From: Longimicrobiales bacterium | GTDB taxonomy: Bacteria > Gemmatimonadota > Gemmatimonadetes > Longimicrobiales > RSA9 | Assembly (NCBI GenBank): GCA_035513295.1 | Contig: DATKCH010000103.1 | Span: 2,852 to 66,851 of the forward strand | Length of the DNA: 64,000 nucleotides | Direction of reading: 5' to 3' | Shown: in pieces, positions 10,979 to 20,780 of the stretch | How the letters are laid out: the number at the start of each line of letters is the position of its first letter | How positions within the stretch are numbered: position 1 is the first letter of the stretch | The notes under the pieces: model-generated | Told to the model about the DNA's origin: nothing | Databases searched by the model: none | What the model saw: the letters and a program-made list of their open reading frames with translations, nothing else | Position numbers and translations under genes: made by a program

Positions 10979-12339
10979 AGCCTCACGTCGATGTACATGC
11001 GCTCGCGCACGTCGCCCACGACCTCCTGGTACAGCCGCTGGTCCTGAAGCTGCTGGCGCAGCGTGGGCGCCGCCTCCTCGTAGGAAAACTCTCCGGCCTC
11101 GCTGACGTCGGTGAGGACGACGACGGCGAACTTCTCCCCGCCGGAACCGTCGTCGAGGACGATCGGACCCAGCACGTCCCCCACTTCCGCGCCGGTGATC
11201 GCCCCGGCGTAGGCCGGCTGCTGCCGTTCCAGGAGGTCGCGTGGGAAGGGCCCGACGCGGGATTCCTCGGCGTCGTCGTGGTGGGCCCCGATCAGCGCCT
11301 CCAGGTCCGCGCCGGCGCGCAGCGCGGCCCCGACCGAATCCGCCAGCAGCCGCGCTCCCTCCCGGTCCGCGTCCGCCACGTCGGGCCGTACCAGAATATG
11401 GCACGCGGAGCGCTCGGGCCCCTTCGCCCGCTCGAGCTTGATGATGTGGAAGCCGAAGGGGCTCTCGACGATGCCGCTGATCTGACCCGCGGCCATTTTG
11501 AAGGCGACGTCATCGAACTCGGCGACCATCACGCCGCGGCGAAACCAGCCGAGGCAGCCGTCCCGCTGGCGACTGCCGGGATCGTCGGAGTGGCGCCGGG
11601 CCAGGGTGGCGAAGTCGGCGCCGGCGGCGAGCTCGTCATGGATGCCGCGCATCTCCTCGAGCGCGGCGGCGCGCGCCTCCTCGGTCGGCGCCGGCGAGAT
11701 GACAACCTGGCGGAAGCTTACGGTCGCCGGGCGCTGGCCGAGTTGCTCCCTCTGCGCTCCGTAGAGTTCGCGTACGTCCTGCTCCGTGACCGGAGGATAT
11801 CCGCGCGTCTGACGCATCTGCCGCAGGTAGGCGCCGATCGTCTCCCTCTTGCGGAATCTCGTGGCCAGCAGGACACGGTACTCGTCCAGGGAGAGCCCCT
11901 CCCGCTGGAGGGCGGCCTGCATCGCGGAGGCGCCTCCTTCCGACCGGTAGGTCTGCTCCACGCGCTCGATCTCGGAGTCGACGCGACCCTGGATCTCCTC
12001 CTCGGCGACGATCACCGAGTCCTGGAGCGCGGCCTGCACGAGCGCCAGTTCATCGACCAGTCCGTTCAGGATCTCGGCGCGCAGGGCGTCCAGCGCTACC
12101 GGGTCGGTGGGCATGCTCTGGCCCGCGCGAGCGAGATCCACGAGCTGCTCGTCGACCTGGCTGCGCAGCACGATGCTGTCGCCGACCACCGCCGCGATCC
12201 CGTCCAGGAGCTGCGGGACGCGCTCGGACGCGTCGGGCAGCGGGGCCGCGGGGAGGTCGGGTTCCTGCGCAGCGGCGGGCGCGCCGAAGGCCGAAGCCAT
12301 CAGCAGCGCCGCGGCGAGGAGTCGAAGGGGAGGGCTCAT
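10975..12339 (-). CDS. surA: SurA-like periplasmic chaperone / PpiC-type peptidyl-prolyl isomerase
   Basis: Signal peptide MSPPLRLLAAALLMASAFGAPAAAQ, a SurA_N-like region, and a parvulin domain (HILV...ADFATLARRHSDDPGSRQRDGCLGWF...FGFHIIK). It sits upstream of pdxA, as in the classical surA-pdxA arrangement. Confidence 0.8.
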   Translation of the reverse strand: MSPPLRLLAAALLMASAFGAPAAAQEPDLPAAPLPDASERVPQLLDGIAAVVGDSIVLRSQVDEQLVDLARAGQSMPTDPVALDALRAEILNGLVDELALVQAALQDSVIVAEEEIQGRVDSEIERVEQTYRSEGGASAMQAALQREGLSLDEYRVLLATRFRKRETIGAYLRQMRQTRGYPPVTEQDVRELYGAQREQLGQRPATVSFRQVVISPAPTEEARAAALEEMRGIHDELAAGADFATLARRHSDDPGSRQRDGCLGWFRRGVMVAEFDDVAFKMAAGQISGIVESPFGFHIIKLERAKGPERSACHILVRPDVADADREGARLLADSVGAALRAGADLEALIGAHHDDAEESRVGPFPRDLLERQQPAYAGAITGAEVGDVLGPIVLDDGSGGEKFAVVVLTDVSEAGEFSYEEAAPTLRQQLQDQRLYQEVVGDVRERMYIDVRL

Positions 12340-12459
12340 GGGGTGCTCGAGTCGGTTCGATGCGCGCGGGGCCGACGCGGATGCGCCGGCCCCGGTTTCT
12401 ATGCTCGTATCGCGAGACGGTTCCGCGGGGGCACCGTCCGCGGGCCGCTGAGGGTCTGA

Positions 12460-13950
12460 TCAGCCGCCGTCCGGAATGCCGTCGCCACCCTGCGGTGGAG
12501 GTTGCGTCGGCACGGGTTGGCCGGCGGGCGACTGCCCGGTCGGGGCCTCGGGAGCGTCGGCGTCCCCGGCGGCCTCCGCGCGCCCTTCGTTCGCCAGGCG
12601 AATCACGTCGTCGGCCGCCTGCATGAATACGCGGGCGCTCTTCCCGTCGCGCAGGAAGGAGGACAGCGCGCCGAGTTGCGGCACGTTGCGCCGCTGGGCG
12701 GCGGCGTCCGCGAGCGCCTCCTGCACGACCCGGCGGACCATCGCGCGCTGGTCCTCTCCCTCGACGGCCTGCATTTCCGCGAGTCCCATCCCGCGGGTCG
12801 TGGCCCGCAGCATCGACCGCGCGGTGGCCACGACGCTGTCGCGCTCGGCTTCGGTCGCGTCGTGACCCGCGGCGCGCGCGGTCTCGATCAGGATCTTGTT
12901 CTGCGCCTGACCCCGGAGGATGGACTCCACGTCGTCGTCCCCCGCGGAGGCGAGCTGGGCGCGCTGGACCTGCGTCACGCGCTGAAGCAGATCCGCCAGG
13001 TCGCCCACCGTGTAGCCCCCGCCGCGGTATTCCACCAGCACCCGCGAGCGGCGCCGTCCGCCCAGCTCCGCGTCGCGATCCAGCGCCAGCTCGCGCACGA
13101 TGTCGGGGGCTTCCGGCTCGACCTCGATCGAGAGCGACTGCAGGAGGCTGTCGACGTACGCCTGCTCGGCCTCGAAGACCAACTGCTGTTTCAGCGACTG
13201 CTCGAACGCGTCGCGGCGCTCGGCGTAGTCGGGCTCGCGGCGCTCCTCGGCCTTGATCACGTGGTATCCGAACGGGGTCTGGACCACGTCGCTGACCTCT
13301 CCGGGCTGCAACGCGAACGCGGCGTCCTCGAACTCACCCACCATCGCGCCGCGCTGGAAGAACCCGAGATCGCCACCCTGCGCCGCGCTGCCCGGATCCT
13401 GGCTGTGCTCGGAAGCCAGCGCGGCGAAGTCGGCTCCCGCCGCCGCGCGCGCGCGGATGTCTTCGATCTGTGCCCGTACGCTGTCCCGCGCCTGCGGCGT
13501 CGCGTCCGGCGGGAGCTGCAGCAGCACGTGCCGGGCGCGCACCTCTAGGCCCGGCTGATCCTCCTCGAAACGGACCCGGAGCTGCTCCTCCGTGAGCGAA
13601 GTGTCGGGGTCGATCACCTCGTCGCGGAACTTGCGCACGACCATGTTGTCCAGTTCGGGCTGGATCAGGCCGCTGATGTCGAGGCCCTCGAGGGTGGAGT
13701 CCCGGGCCAGCTCTTCGGCGAGCAGGGTATAGTCGATCCAGACGTTGGCCAGCGCCTCCACGACGTCGGGCTGCGCGGGGAGGTTCGGGTTGTCGATCAG
13801 GAGGCGGGACGCCTCCTGGACCGTGAACTCGTGTCCCCCGGCGCGCGCCAGCACGTCGGTATGCGAGGACAGCGCCTGGCCCACGCCCTCGCACGCGGAG
13901 ATGGCGACCGCGCCTGCCAGCACCATGGTCGTCGCGACGATCTTCCTCAT
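12460..13950 (-). CDS. PpiC-type peptidyl-prolyl isomerase, probable lipoprotein
   Basis: Lipobox-like LAGAVAISAC. Parvulin domain ARHVLL...ADFAALASEHSQDPGSAAQGGDLGFFQRGAMVGEFEDAAF...PFGYHVIK. Confidence 0.8.
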   Translation of the reverse strand: MRKIVATTMVLAGAVAISACEGVGQALSSHTDVLARAGGHEFTVQEASRLLIDNPNLPAQPDVVEALANVWIDYTLLAEELARDSTLEGLDISGLIQPELDNMVVRKFRDEVIDPDTSLTEEQLRVRFEEDQPGLEVRARHVLLQLPPDATPQARDSVRAQIEDIRARAAAGADFAALASEHSQDPGSAAQGGDLGFFQRGAMVGEFEDAAFALQPGEVSDVVQTPFGYHVIKAEERREPDYAERRDAFEQSLKQQLVFEAEQAYVDSLLQSLSIEVEPEAPDIVRELALDRDAELGGRRRSRVLVEYRGGGYTVGDLADLLQRVTQVQRAQLASAGDDDVESILRGQAQNKILIETARAAGHDATEAERDSVVATARSMLRATTRGMGLAEMQAVEGEDQRAMVRRVVQEALADAAAQRRNVPQLGALSSFLRDGKSARVFMQAADDVIRLANEGRAEAAGDADAPEAPTGQSPAGQPVPTQPPPQGGDGIPDGG

Positions 13951-14069
13951 CCGGTGAAGCTCCGTTCGGTCGGTTCGGTTTTAGGCGCGAGAAGGTACAC
14001 CGGGACGGCGCCTTGTTCCAGCGGGGCGCAGGCGATGCCGGGTCCGGCCGCCGGAGTCCGCGCGGTCCA

Positions 14070-17000
14070 TCACGCCGCGCGCTCCGCCCGATCGGACAGG
14101 AGTCCGAGCGCCTCGGCGAGCGTATCCGCGAGCGGTTCCGCCCCGAAGCGGCGGAGCACCAGGGAGAGTGGCATCGCGCGGCGCACCTCCACCTCGAGCT
14201 GCCGGTCCCGGAACGCCCCCTGGAGCGAGGCCATGCGGGGCACCACCCCTTCGGCCCAGTTGACGCGCGCCTCGTCCTCGCGCAGGAGGATGCGCTCCAC
14301 GCCGAGGCGCTGGCCCAGCAGCCGCAGCCGGGTGGAGAGGAGCAGGCGCCGCACCTCCGCGGGCAGAGGGCCGAAGCGGTCCGCGAGCTCTTCCGCCAGC
14401 GCGTTCACCGTCGCTGGATCTTCGGCCCGCGACAGACGGCGGTAGACGTGCAGCTTCTGCGAGGGGTCGGGGACGTACGCGTCCGGGATGAACGCCGAGC
14501 CCTCCAGGGCGACCTCGGGCGGGTCGTGGCGGGTCCGGTCCGGGTCGTCCCTGAGTGCGCGCACGGTGTCCTCCAGCAGGCGTGTGTACGTCTCCAGGCC
14601 CACCGCGTGCACGAAGCCCGACTGGTCGGAGCCGAGGATGTTTCCGCCTCCCCGCAACTCCAGGTCCTTCATCGCGATCGCGTACCCACTGCCGAGCTCG
14701 CTGAAGTGCTCGAGGAGGCGCAGGCGCCGCTCGGCGTCCTCGTGGACGCCGTCCGGGACCACCAGGTAGCAGTAGGCGCGGTGGTGCGAGCGTCCCACGC
14801 GCCCGCGCAACTGGTAGAGCTGCGCCAGGCCGAACTGGTCGGCGCCGTGGACGATGAGGGTGTTGGCGGTGGGCACGTCGAGGCCGTTCTCGATGATCGC
14901 GGTCGAGACCAGCACGCTGGCTTCGCCCGAGACGAAGCGGCGCATCGCCCCCTCCAGGTCCGGCGCCGGCATCTGGCCGTGCGCGACCGCCAGCGGGACG
15001 CCCGGCACCAGCCGGCGCACGCGCGCGGCGATCTCGTCGATCGTCTGCACGCGGTTGTGCACGACGAACACCTGCCCGCCGCGGTCCAGCTCGCGCCGGA
15101 TCGCGTCCTCCAGCACCTCGTCGTGCCACGGAATGACGTGCGTGAGCACGGGCATGCGGTCCCGCGGCGGGGTCCGGATGAGGGTGAGGTCGCGCAGGCC
15201 CCCGAGCGCCATCGACAGCGTGCGCGGGATCGGCGTGGCCGTCATCGACAGCACGTCGACGTCCCGCTTGCGCTCCTTGAGCTGCTCCTTGTGCCGGACC
15301 CCGAAGCGCTGCTCCTCGTCCACCACGACCAGCCCCAATCGCGAGAACACGACGTCGGGCTGCAGCAGGCGGTGGGTGCCTATGACGATGTCGATCGAGC
15401 CGTCCGCGAGGTCAGCCAGAAGGCGCTTCTGCTCTGCGGGCGTCCGGAAGCGCGACAGCGCCTCCACGCGCACGGGAAAGTCGGCGAGGCGGCCGGCGAA
15501 GCTGCGGTGGTGCTGCTCGACCAGGATCGTCGTCGGCGCGAGCACCGCGACCTGCTTCCCGTCCTGCACCGCCTTGAAGGCGGCGCGCACGGCGACCTCG
15601 GTCTTGCCGTAGCCCACGTCGCCGCACAACAGCCGGTCCATGGGCCGCGGCGACCGCATGTCCGCCTTCACGTCGAGCGTTGCCTGGCGCTGGTCGGGAG
15701 TGTCCTCGTACAGGAACGCGGACTCCATCTCGCGCTGCCAGCGGGTGTCCTCGGGGAAGGCGTGTCCGCGCGCCAGTTCGCGCGCCGCGTACAGCTCCAG
15801 CAGCTCGCTCGCCATCTCCTGGATCGCCTGCTCCGTGCGGCGTTTCATGGTCTTCCAGGAGCGCCCGCCGATCTTGTGCACGCGCGGCGCCTCGCCCTCC
15901 TCGGCGTCGGGCCGCCAGCGTTCGATCAGGTCCAGACGGTATACCGGCAGCCGCAGGATCTCGCCGCCGGCGTATTCGATCGCCAGGGATTCGATCTCGC
16001 GGTCGCCGACCCTCACGCGCTCCATGCCGCGGAAGCGCCCGATGCCGTGGTCGAGGTGGACGACGTAGTCGCCCTCCTGGAGTTGCGCGAGGCTCTCCAG
16101 CGCGAGCGCGCCGCGGAAGCGCCGGGACCGGCGCAACCGCCTGTCGCGCCGGAAGATCTCGTGGTCGGTCAGGACCCTCAGGGGCGGGTCGGCGCCGTCC
16201 AGCACGAACCCCCCGTCCACGGTTCCCAGCGCGAGCGCCGCGCCCTCGGGTAGCGCGTCCGACCCTCCCAGGAGCTCCTCCAGGCGCTGCAACTGGCCGG
16301 GGTTGTCGCACAGGATCAGCGTGCGCTCCCCGCGCGCCTCCGCCTGCCTGAGCAGCACCGCGAGGCGGTCCACGTCTCGGTCGATAGCCTCCGGCTCGCG
16401 AACCTGGAAGCGCACGTCCGCCTCGGCGCCGGGCCCGATCGCGACCGTGGGGAAGGCGGCGAGGCGGTCCGCGGCGAGCTCGGGCGGCAGGAACAGGCGA
16501 TCGGGCGGCTCCGGAGTTCCTCCCCGTCGGTGCTCGGATTCGTGCAGAGCCATGACCTCGCCCCACGTCGCGCGAAACGAGCTGGCCGCGTCGGCACCCG
16601 GCAGGAGGACCAGCAGGGTACCCGCCGGCAGCACGTCGAGCAGCGAGCGCCGCACCGAAGCGTCGGCGCGATCGGCCGCCCAGGAGACATCCACCGGCAG
16701 CACGTCCGCGCGCTCGAGGGTCACCGTGGAGCGCTGGTCCAGCACGTCGAAACGCCGGATCGACTCGATTTCATCGCCCCAGAACTCCACGCGCAGCGGC
16801 TCGGGCGTGCCGAACCCGAACAGGTCCACGATGCCCCCCCGCAGCGCGTACTCTCCCACGCCCTGGACCATCGGGACGCGCTCGAAGCCCAGCTCGTCGA
16901 GCCTTCTCGCGAGTTCGTGGGGACCGATCGCGTCGCCGCGCCGCAGGCGCACTTGCAGGTCTTCCAGGCTGGCCGGCAGGTCGGAGAGCTCCTGCAGGGC

Positions 17001-17384
17001 GCGCGGCGTGGTGACCAGCACGCGCAGGCGGCCGGACAGCAGCGCCTCGAGCGCCTCGACGCGCAGGCCGCTCACCTCCAGGTGGTGCTCGCCCGCCTCG
17101 TACGGAAGCGTCTCGCGCTGGGCGTACAGGTGCGCCGATTCCTCCCCGAGGATCGTCTGGAGGTCCGCCTCGGCCGCTTCCGCCAGGGGAGGAGAGGCCG
17201 CGACGACCACGACGAGCCGCTGCCGCTCGTCCTCCGACAGCGCGGCCGAGAGCACCGCGGCGGAGGACCCGGCGAGACCGCCGGCCGCGACCCGCGCGTC
17301 CGGGGCGCGCAGGGACGCCGTGAGCGTCGCGAACTCCGGCTGGCCGCGCAGCGCGGCGATCAGGACGGGGTGCGCCACCGTCAC
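14070..17384 (-). CDS. mfd: transcription-repair coupling factor Mfd
   Basis: 1104 aa with a CarD-like region (GDYVVHLDHGIGRF), helicase motifs (LLCGDVGYGKTEVA, DEEQRFGV, TATPIPRT, QLYQLRGRVGR) and a TRCF C-terminal domain. Confidence 0.95.
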   Translation of the reverse strand: MTVAHPVLIAALRGQPEFATLTASLRAPDARVAAGGLAGSSAAVLSAALSEDERQRLVVVVAASPPLAEAAEADLQTILGEESAHLYAQRETLPYEAGEHHLEVSGLRVEALEALLSGRLRVLVTTPRALQELSDLPASLEDLQVRLRRGDAIGPHELARRLDELGFERVPMVQGVGEYALRGGIVDLFGFGTPEPLRVEFWGDEIESIRRFDVLDQRSTVTLERADVLPVDVSWAADRADASVRRSLLDVLPAGTLLVLLPGADAASSFRATWGEVMALHESEHRRGGTPEPPDRLFLPPELAADRLAAFPTVAIGPGAEADVRFQVREPEAIDRDVDRLAVLLRQAEARGERTLILCDNPGQLQRLEELLGGSDALPEGAALALGTVDGGFVLDGADPPLRVLTDHEIFRRDRRLRRSRRFRGALALESLAQLQEGDYVVHLDHGIGRFRGMERVRVGDREIESLAIEYAGGEILRLPVYRLDLIERWRPDAEEGEAPRVHKIGGRSWKTMKRRTEQAIQEMASELLELYAARELARGHAFPEDTRWQREMESAFLYEDTPDQRQATLDVKADMRSPRPMDRLLCGDVGYGKTEVAVRAAFKAVQDGKQVAVLAPTTILVEQHHRSFAGRLADFPVRVEALSRFRTPAEQKRLLADLADGSIDIVIGTHRLLQPDVVFSRLGLVVVDEEQRFGVRHKEQLKERKRDVDVLSMTATPIPRTLSMALGGLRDLTLIRTPPRDRMPVLTHVIPWHDEVLEDAIRRELDRGGQVFVVHNRVQTIDEIAARVRRLVPGVPLAVAHGQMPAPDLEGAMRRFVSGEASVLVSTAIIENGLDVPTANTLIVHGADQFGLAQLYQLRGRVGRSHHRAYCYLVVPDGVHEDAERRLRLLEHFSELGSGYAIAMKDLELRGGGNILGSDQSGFVHAVGLETYTRLLEDTVRALRDDPDRTRHDPPEVALEGSAFIPDAYVPDPSQKLHVYRRLSRAEDPATVNALAEELADRFGPLPAEVRRLLLSTRLRLLGQRLGVERILLREDEARVNWAEGVVPRMASLQGAFRDRQLEVEVRRAMPLSLVLRRFGAEPLADTLAEALGLLSDRAERAA

Positions 17385-19396
17385 GCCCCTCCGCTACGGG
17401 CGGCGCGCTCCGTGGCCACCGCGCCGGATCCTGCCGGCCCGTCGCGGCTGGATCTTCCCTCACTGGAGCGAGCCCGCGTCGCGGCCTCGCGCCCACCGGC
17501 GGCGACGAGCATCTCCGCGAGCAGCAGCAGCAGCGCGGCCGCGGCGATCAAGCGCCAGGCCTCGCCGCCGCGGCGGGCGCGGAAGATCTCCCTCGGCCAG
17601 TCGCCGGCGTCGACCACGCGCGCGCCGTCGCCGAGCGTTCGCCGGAGCTCGTCGGCGGGCAGCCGCGCCAGCGTCGATTCGCGCGCCGGCGGGTTCACGG
17701 CGAAGGCGCCGAGCAGCGAGTCCCCGGCCAGCACGCGGTAGGCGCCCGGAACCGGCGGCGCCAGGTAAGTGGCGCCGCCCTCCACCGCGACCCGCTCGCC
17801 GCCCGGCCCCTCCACCGCGTCGGCCCTCCCGGGCAGCGGGATGCGCTCGCCCGGCGCGACGTCGGCGCCCTCGGGGATCGCGCTCGCCCAGCCGGCGACG
17901 AGGCGGTCGAGGAGCGGAACCATCGCGGCCGACGCTGCGACGTCGCCCTCGCGGCCGTCCAGCGCGCCGGCGAGCAGCAGGAACCGTCGGCCGTCCGCCA
18001 GCGAGCCCCCGACCACCCACGGCTCCCCGGTGGCCAGCCCCACGCGTACCTCGTCGTCCTCCGCGCGCCCGGCGTCGACCAGCCGATAGGGCGTGCGCAG
18101 GGCCACGTCGGCGAGCGCCGCGCTCAGCTCGGGGTCGCCGTCGACCGAAGCCCTGTCCCCCGCCTCCGGACCGTACGCTTCCAGGCGCCAGCCCACTCCG
18201 ATGGTGCCGAGCGCGTGGTTGACCGCCGGGAGAGCGACCGGGTCCGACGGCGGCAGCAGGACGAGCGTCGCGTCGCCCGCGGCGTCCAACCCGGCGCCGC
18301 CGATGGACACGAGCACCTCGGCGTCCCGCGCCGGGCTGCGCCGGATCCGGCCGGCGTCGGCGAGGACGTCCAGCCCGCGCTCCACGAACGGCGCTTCCCC
18401 CGCCAGGGCCACCGCCGGCGGCGGGAGCACGCGCGCGACGTAGTGGCGCCGGTCGTCGGCTCGCAGCGCGTCCGCCTCGACCTCCGCCCGGCCCAGCAGC
18501 AGCCCTTCCTCCTGGCCGGGGAGCGAGAGCAGGGCCACGGTCCCCGGCACCCCCCGGCCGACCGCGCGCAGGGTGTCGTGGGCGAGCAGGCGCACGCTCG
18601 CCGAGTCGCCCCCGCCGGCGAGCGTAACGCCCACCGACACGCGCTGCCCGGCGCGCGGGGCGAGCCCGCCCTCCAGCGAGACGGCGGCGACGCCGAGGTT
18701 GGGCGGGGCGTCGTCCGGCGCGGGCACGAGCACGGGGATGGCGGGGCGCCTGCCCTCCTGGGCGGCCTCCGCGCCCGCTCCGACGGCGAACCCGGAGAAC
18801 TCGGTCGCCTGGCCGTCGGTCAGCAGGTGGATCTCCGGGACGCGCCCGTCCGCGCCCGCCGCCAGGATGTCACGAGCGCGCTCGAGCGCGCCGGCCAGGT
18901 CGGCGCCTCCCGGGACCGGCTCCACCGCGCGGATCCGGTCCGCGGCGGCGGCGGCGGCGCCGGGCGGCGCTGCCTCCCAGGGCTCGGCGGCGCGGATGAG
19001 CCAGATGCGGTCGTCGGGGCCGGCGCTTTCGGCGGCGCGCAAGGCGAGCGCGCGCAGGTCGTCCATGACGCGCGTATCCGCGCGCACCAGCGAGGCGCTC
19101 AGGGAGTTGTCCAGCACGATTACGAGCGCGGTGGCCCGGTGCTCGCCGTCACCGGAGCGCAGGAAGGGCCGCGCCGCCGCGAGCGCCAGGGCGACGACGG
19201 CGCCGACCCGCAGGAGCAGCAGCAGCAGCTGGCGCAGGCGGATTCGGCGCGCGTGCTCTCGCTCCGCCAGGCGGAGGTAGCGGATCGCCGGAAACGCCAC
19301 ACGGCGCCCCTGGTGCCGCTGGAAGAGGTGCAACAGGAGCGGGATCGCGGCCACCGCGAGCAGCGCCAGGAGGCCGGGCGCCAGGAATCCGATCAC
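17381..19396 (-). CDS. BatA_N-domain membrane protein with a vWA-like domain
   Basis: The N-terminal double-TM MIGFLAPGLLALLAVAAIPLLLHLFQRH...RYLR is typical of the aerotolerance BatA N-terminal domain. There is a DxSxS MIDAS-like VLDNSLSAS and a C-terminal TM. The GTG start overlaps the DUF58 stop, and its stop overlaps the mfd GTG. Confidence 0.7.
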   Translation of the reverse strand: MIGFLAPGLLALLAVAAIPLLLHLFQRHQGRRVAFPAIRYLRLAEREHARRIRLRQLLLLLLRVGAVVALALAAARPFLRSGDGEHRATALVIVLDNSLSASLVRADTRVMDDLRALALRAAESAGPDDRIWLIRAAEPWEAAPPGAAAAAADRIRAVEPVPGGADLAGALERARDILAAGADGRVPEIHLLTDGQATEFSGFAVGAGAEAAQEGRRPAIPVLVPAPDDAPPNLGVAAVSLEGGLAPRAGQRVSVGVTLAGGGDSASVRLLAHDTLRAVGRGVPGTVALLSLPGQEEGLLLGRAEVEADALRADDRRHYVARVLPPPAVALAGEAPFVERGLDVLADAGRIRRSPARDAEVLVSIGGAGLDAAGDATLVLLPPSDPVALPAVNHALGTIGVGWRLEAYGPEAGDRASVDGDPELSAALADVALRTPYRLVDAGRAEDDEVRVGLATGEPWVVGGSLADGRRFLLLAGALDGREGDVAASAAMVPLLDRLVAGWASAIPEGADVAPGERIPLPGRADAVEGPGGERVAVEGGATYLAPPVPGAYRVLAGDSLLGAFAVNPPARESTLARLPADELRRTLGDGARVVDAGDWPREIFRARRGGEAWRLIAAAALLLLLAEMLVAAGGREAATRARSSEGRSSRDGPAGSGAVATERAARSGGA

Positions 19397-20319
19397 GCCA
19401 GCCGCTGCCTCTTGCGCATGTACTCCCGCAGGCCGTGCACGAACGGAAGGGAGGTGTCCAGCAGTACGTAGTCGATCCCGTGCGGCGCGAGCGAGCGGCG
19501 CCAGTCCGCGATCGCGCCCGCGACCGACTCGCGGTACTCGGAGCGGAGGTCGGCGATGGTCACCGGCAGCTCCTCCCCGGTCTCCGGGTCGTAGAAGCGC
19601 GCGTCGCCCACTCCGGGCAGTTCGCGTTCGCCCGGATCGAGCAGGTGGAAGACCAGCACCTCGTGCCCGCGGTGGCGCAGGTAGCGGAGCGCGAGGCGCG
19701 TCTCCTCCGCGTCGACGAGCAGGTCGGAAAGCAGGATCACGAGCCCGCGCCGACGCAGCATCTGGGCGGCGTCCCGCAGCGCCGTGCCGGCGCCGGTCTC
19801 ACCGGTGCCGCGCGCGCGCTCCAGCAGCCGGCCGATCTCAAGCCAGTGCTTGCGGCCGCCGCGCGCCGCGACGCGGTCGCGCACGGCTTCGTCGAACGAG
19901 AGCGCGCCCACCGCGTCGCCCTGGCGCAACAGCAGGAACGCGAGCGCCGCGGCGAGCTGCTTCGCGTACCACAGCTTCGTCGGGATCGCCTCCGGGTCCG
20001 AGCTCCAGCCCATCGACGCGCTCGCGTCCAGCAGCAGGAACGCGCGCAGGTTGGTCTCCTCCTCGAACTGCTTGACGAAGTACCGGTCGGTGCGCGCCAC
20101 CATGCGCCAGTCCATGTACCGGAGGTCGTCGCCGGGCTGGTACGCCCGGTGTTCGGCGAACTCCACGGAAAAGCCGCGGTGGGGCGAGCGATGCAGGCCG
20201 GTGAGGAAGCCTTCGACCACGGTGCGCGCGACGTACTCCAGCCCCCCCAGCCCGCGCAGCTCCCGGGGAGCGAGCAGGTCGGGGCGCGGGGCGCCGCGAT
20301 CGTGGGGTGGATTCGTCAT
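19393..20319 (-). CDS. DUF58 domain protein (MoxR-associated family)
   Basis: HRSPHRGFSVEFAEHRAYQPGDDLRYMDWR....FEEE...LLLDASASM is the characteristic DUF58 signature. Confidence 0.85.
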   Translation of the reverse strand: MTNPPHDRGAPRPDLLAPRELRGLGGLEYVARTVVEGFLTGLHRSPHRGFSVEFAEHRAYQPGDDLRYMDWRMVARTDRYFVKQFEEETNLRAFLLLDASASMGWSSDPEAIPTKLWYAKQLAAALAFLLLRQGDAVGALSFDEAVRDRVAARGGRKHWLEIGRLLERARGTGETGAGTALRDAAQMLRRRGLVILLSDLLVDAEETRLALRYLRHRGHEVLVFHLLDPGERELPGVGDARFYDPETGEELPVTIADLRSEYRESVAGAIADWRRSLAPHGIDYVLLDTSLPFVHGLREYMRKRQRLA

Positions 20320-20489
20320 GCCTTCGTTGCCGCGCGTCGTTGCCGGGTCCGGGACGATGCGCTACCCCGCACGACGTCCGAAGGTCGGACGCGCGGGCGT
20401 TGCGCCGGAGTTGGGGCACCGGTGTGCCGCACCCGACTCGGGGGGGCAACCGCCTTGCCCGCGCGAGCGCCCCTTTCTATCCATTCGCG

Positions 20490-20666
20490 ATGAAACTCGC
20501 GAACACGCTGATCCTGTTCGGGGCGGCCGCCGCGGCGACCGCGGCCCCCCTCTTCGTCGGCCACGGCCTGTCCTCCGCACACACCGACTGGGTCGTCTAC
20601 GGCGCCGGCGCGGCCGCCGCGGCGGCCGCGCTGATGTGGCTCCACGTCCGAGCCGCCCGGGACTAG
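20490..20666 (+). CDS. small hydrophobic protein (58 aa), hypothetical
   Basis: ATG ORF MKLANTLILFGAAAAATAAPLFV...AAAAAAALMWLHV with two predicted TM helices and high GC3. No homology recognised. Confidence 0.3.
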   Translation: MKLANTLILFGAAAAATAAPLFVGHGLSSAHTDWVVYGAGAAAAAAALMWLHVRAARD

Positions 20667-20688
20667 CTCGCGCGGTCCGCCGCCGGGC

Positions 20689-20718
20689 TCGACCCGCCCC
20701 CCTCGTTTCCGCTATCAT
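20689..20718 (+). promoter_or_regulatory. candidate sigma70-type promoter for lepA
   Basis: TCGACC (20689-20694), an 18-nt spacer, then TATCAT (20713-20718). It lies 62 nt upstream of the lepA TTG start and is one of the few AT-containing patches in this intergenic region. Confidence 0.25.
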
Positions 20719-20780
20719 CCGCGCGTCCGGGCAGCCCCGGGCACCCGACGCCAGCGCACACAGACCGGGACGCCGTTCTC

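Noticed and set aside
8984-11404. Very long ORFs in the six-frame track (for example 8984..11404 of 806 aa, 6829..9180, 14013..16253, 20715..23531, 22445..24703, 25493..28312, 30336..32864, 30479..33895, 47832..50810, 54514..56493, 58622..60943 and 62764..63939).
   Set aside because: They are antisense or out of frame to confidently recognised genes, or are read-through fusions of two or three real genes in one frame. Their unique parts are Arg/Pro/Gly/Ala-rich, as expected for stop-poor shadow frames in roughly 70% GC DNA. Only the segments with recognisable homology and sensible starts were called.
17381-20319. The DUF58/BatA-vWA pair as a defence or conflict system.
   Set aside because: No effector, nuclease, STAND or ATPase partner is present. 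The context is a housekeeping operon, and the family is generally associated with MoxR chaperone-like functions.
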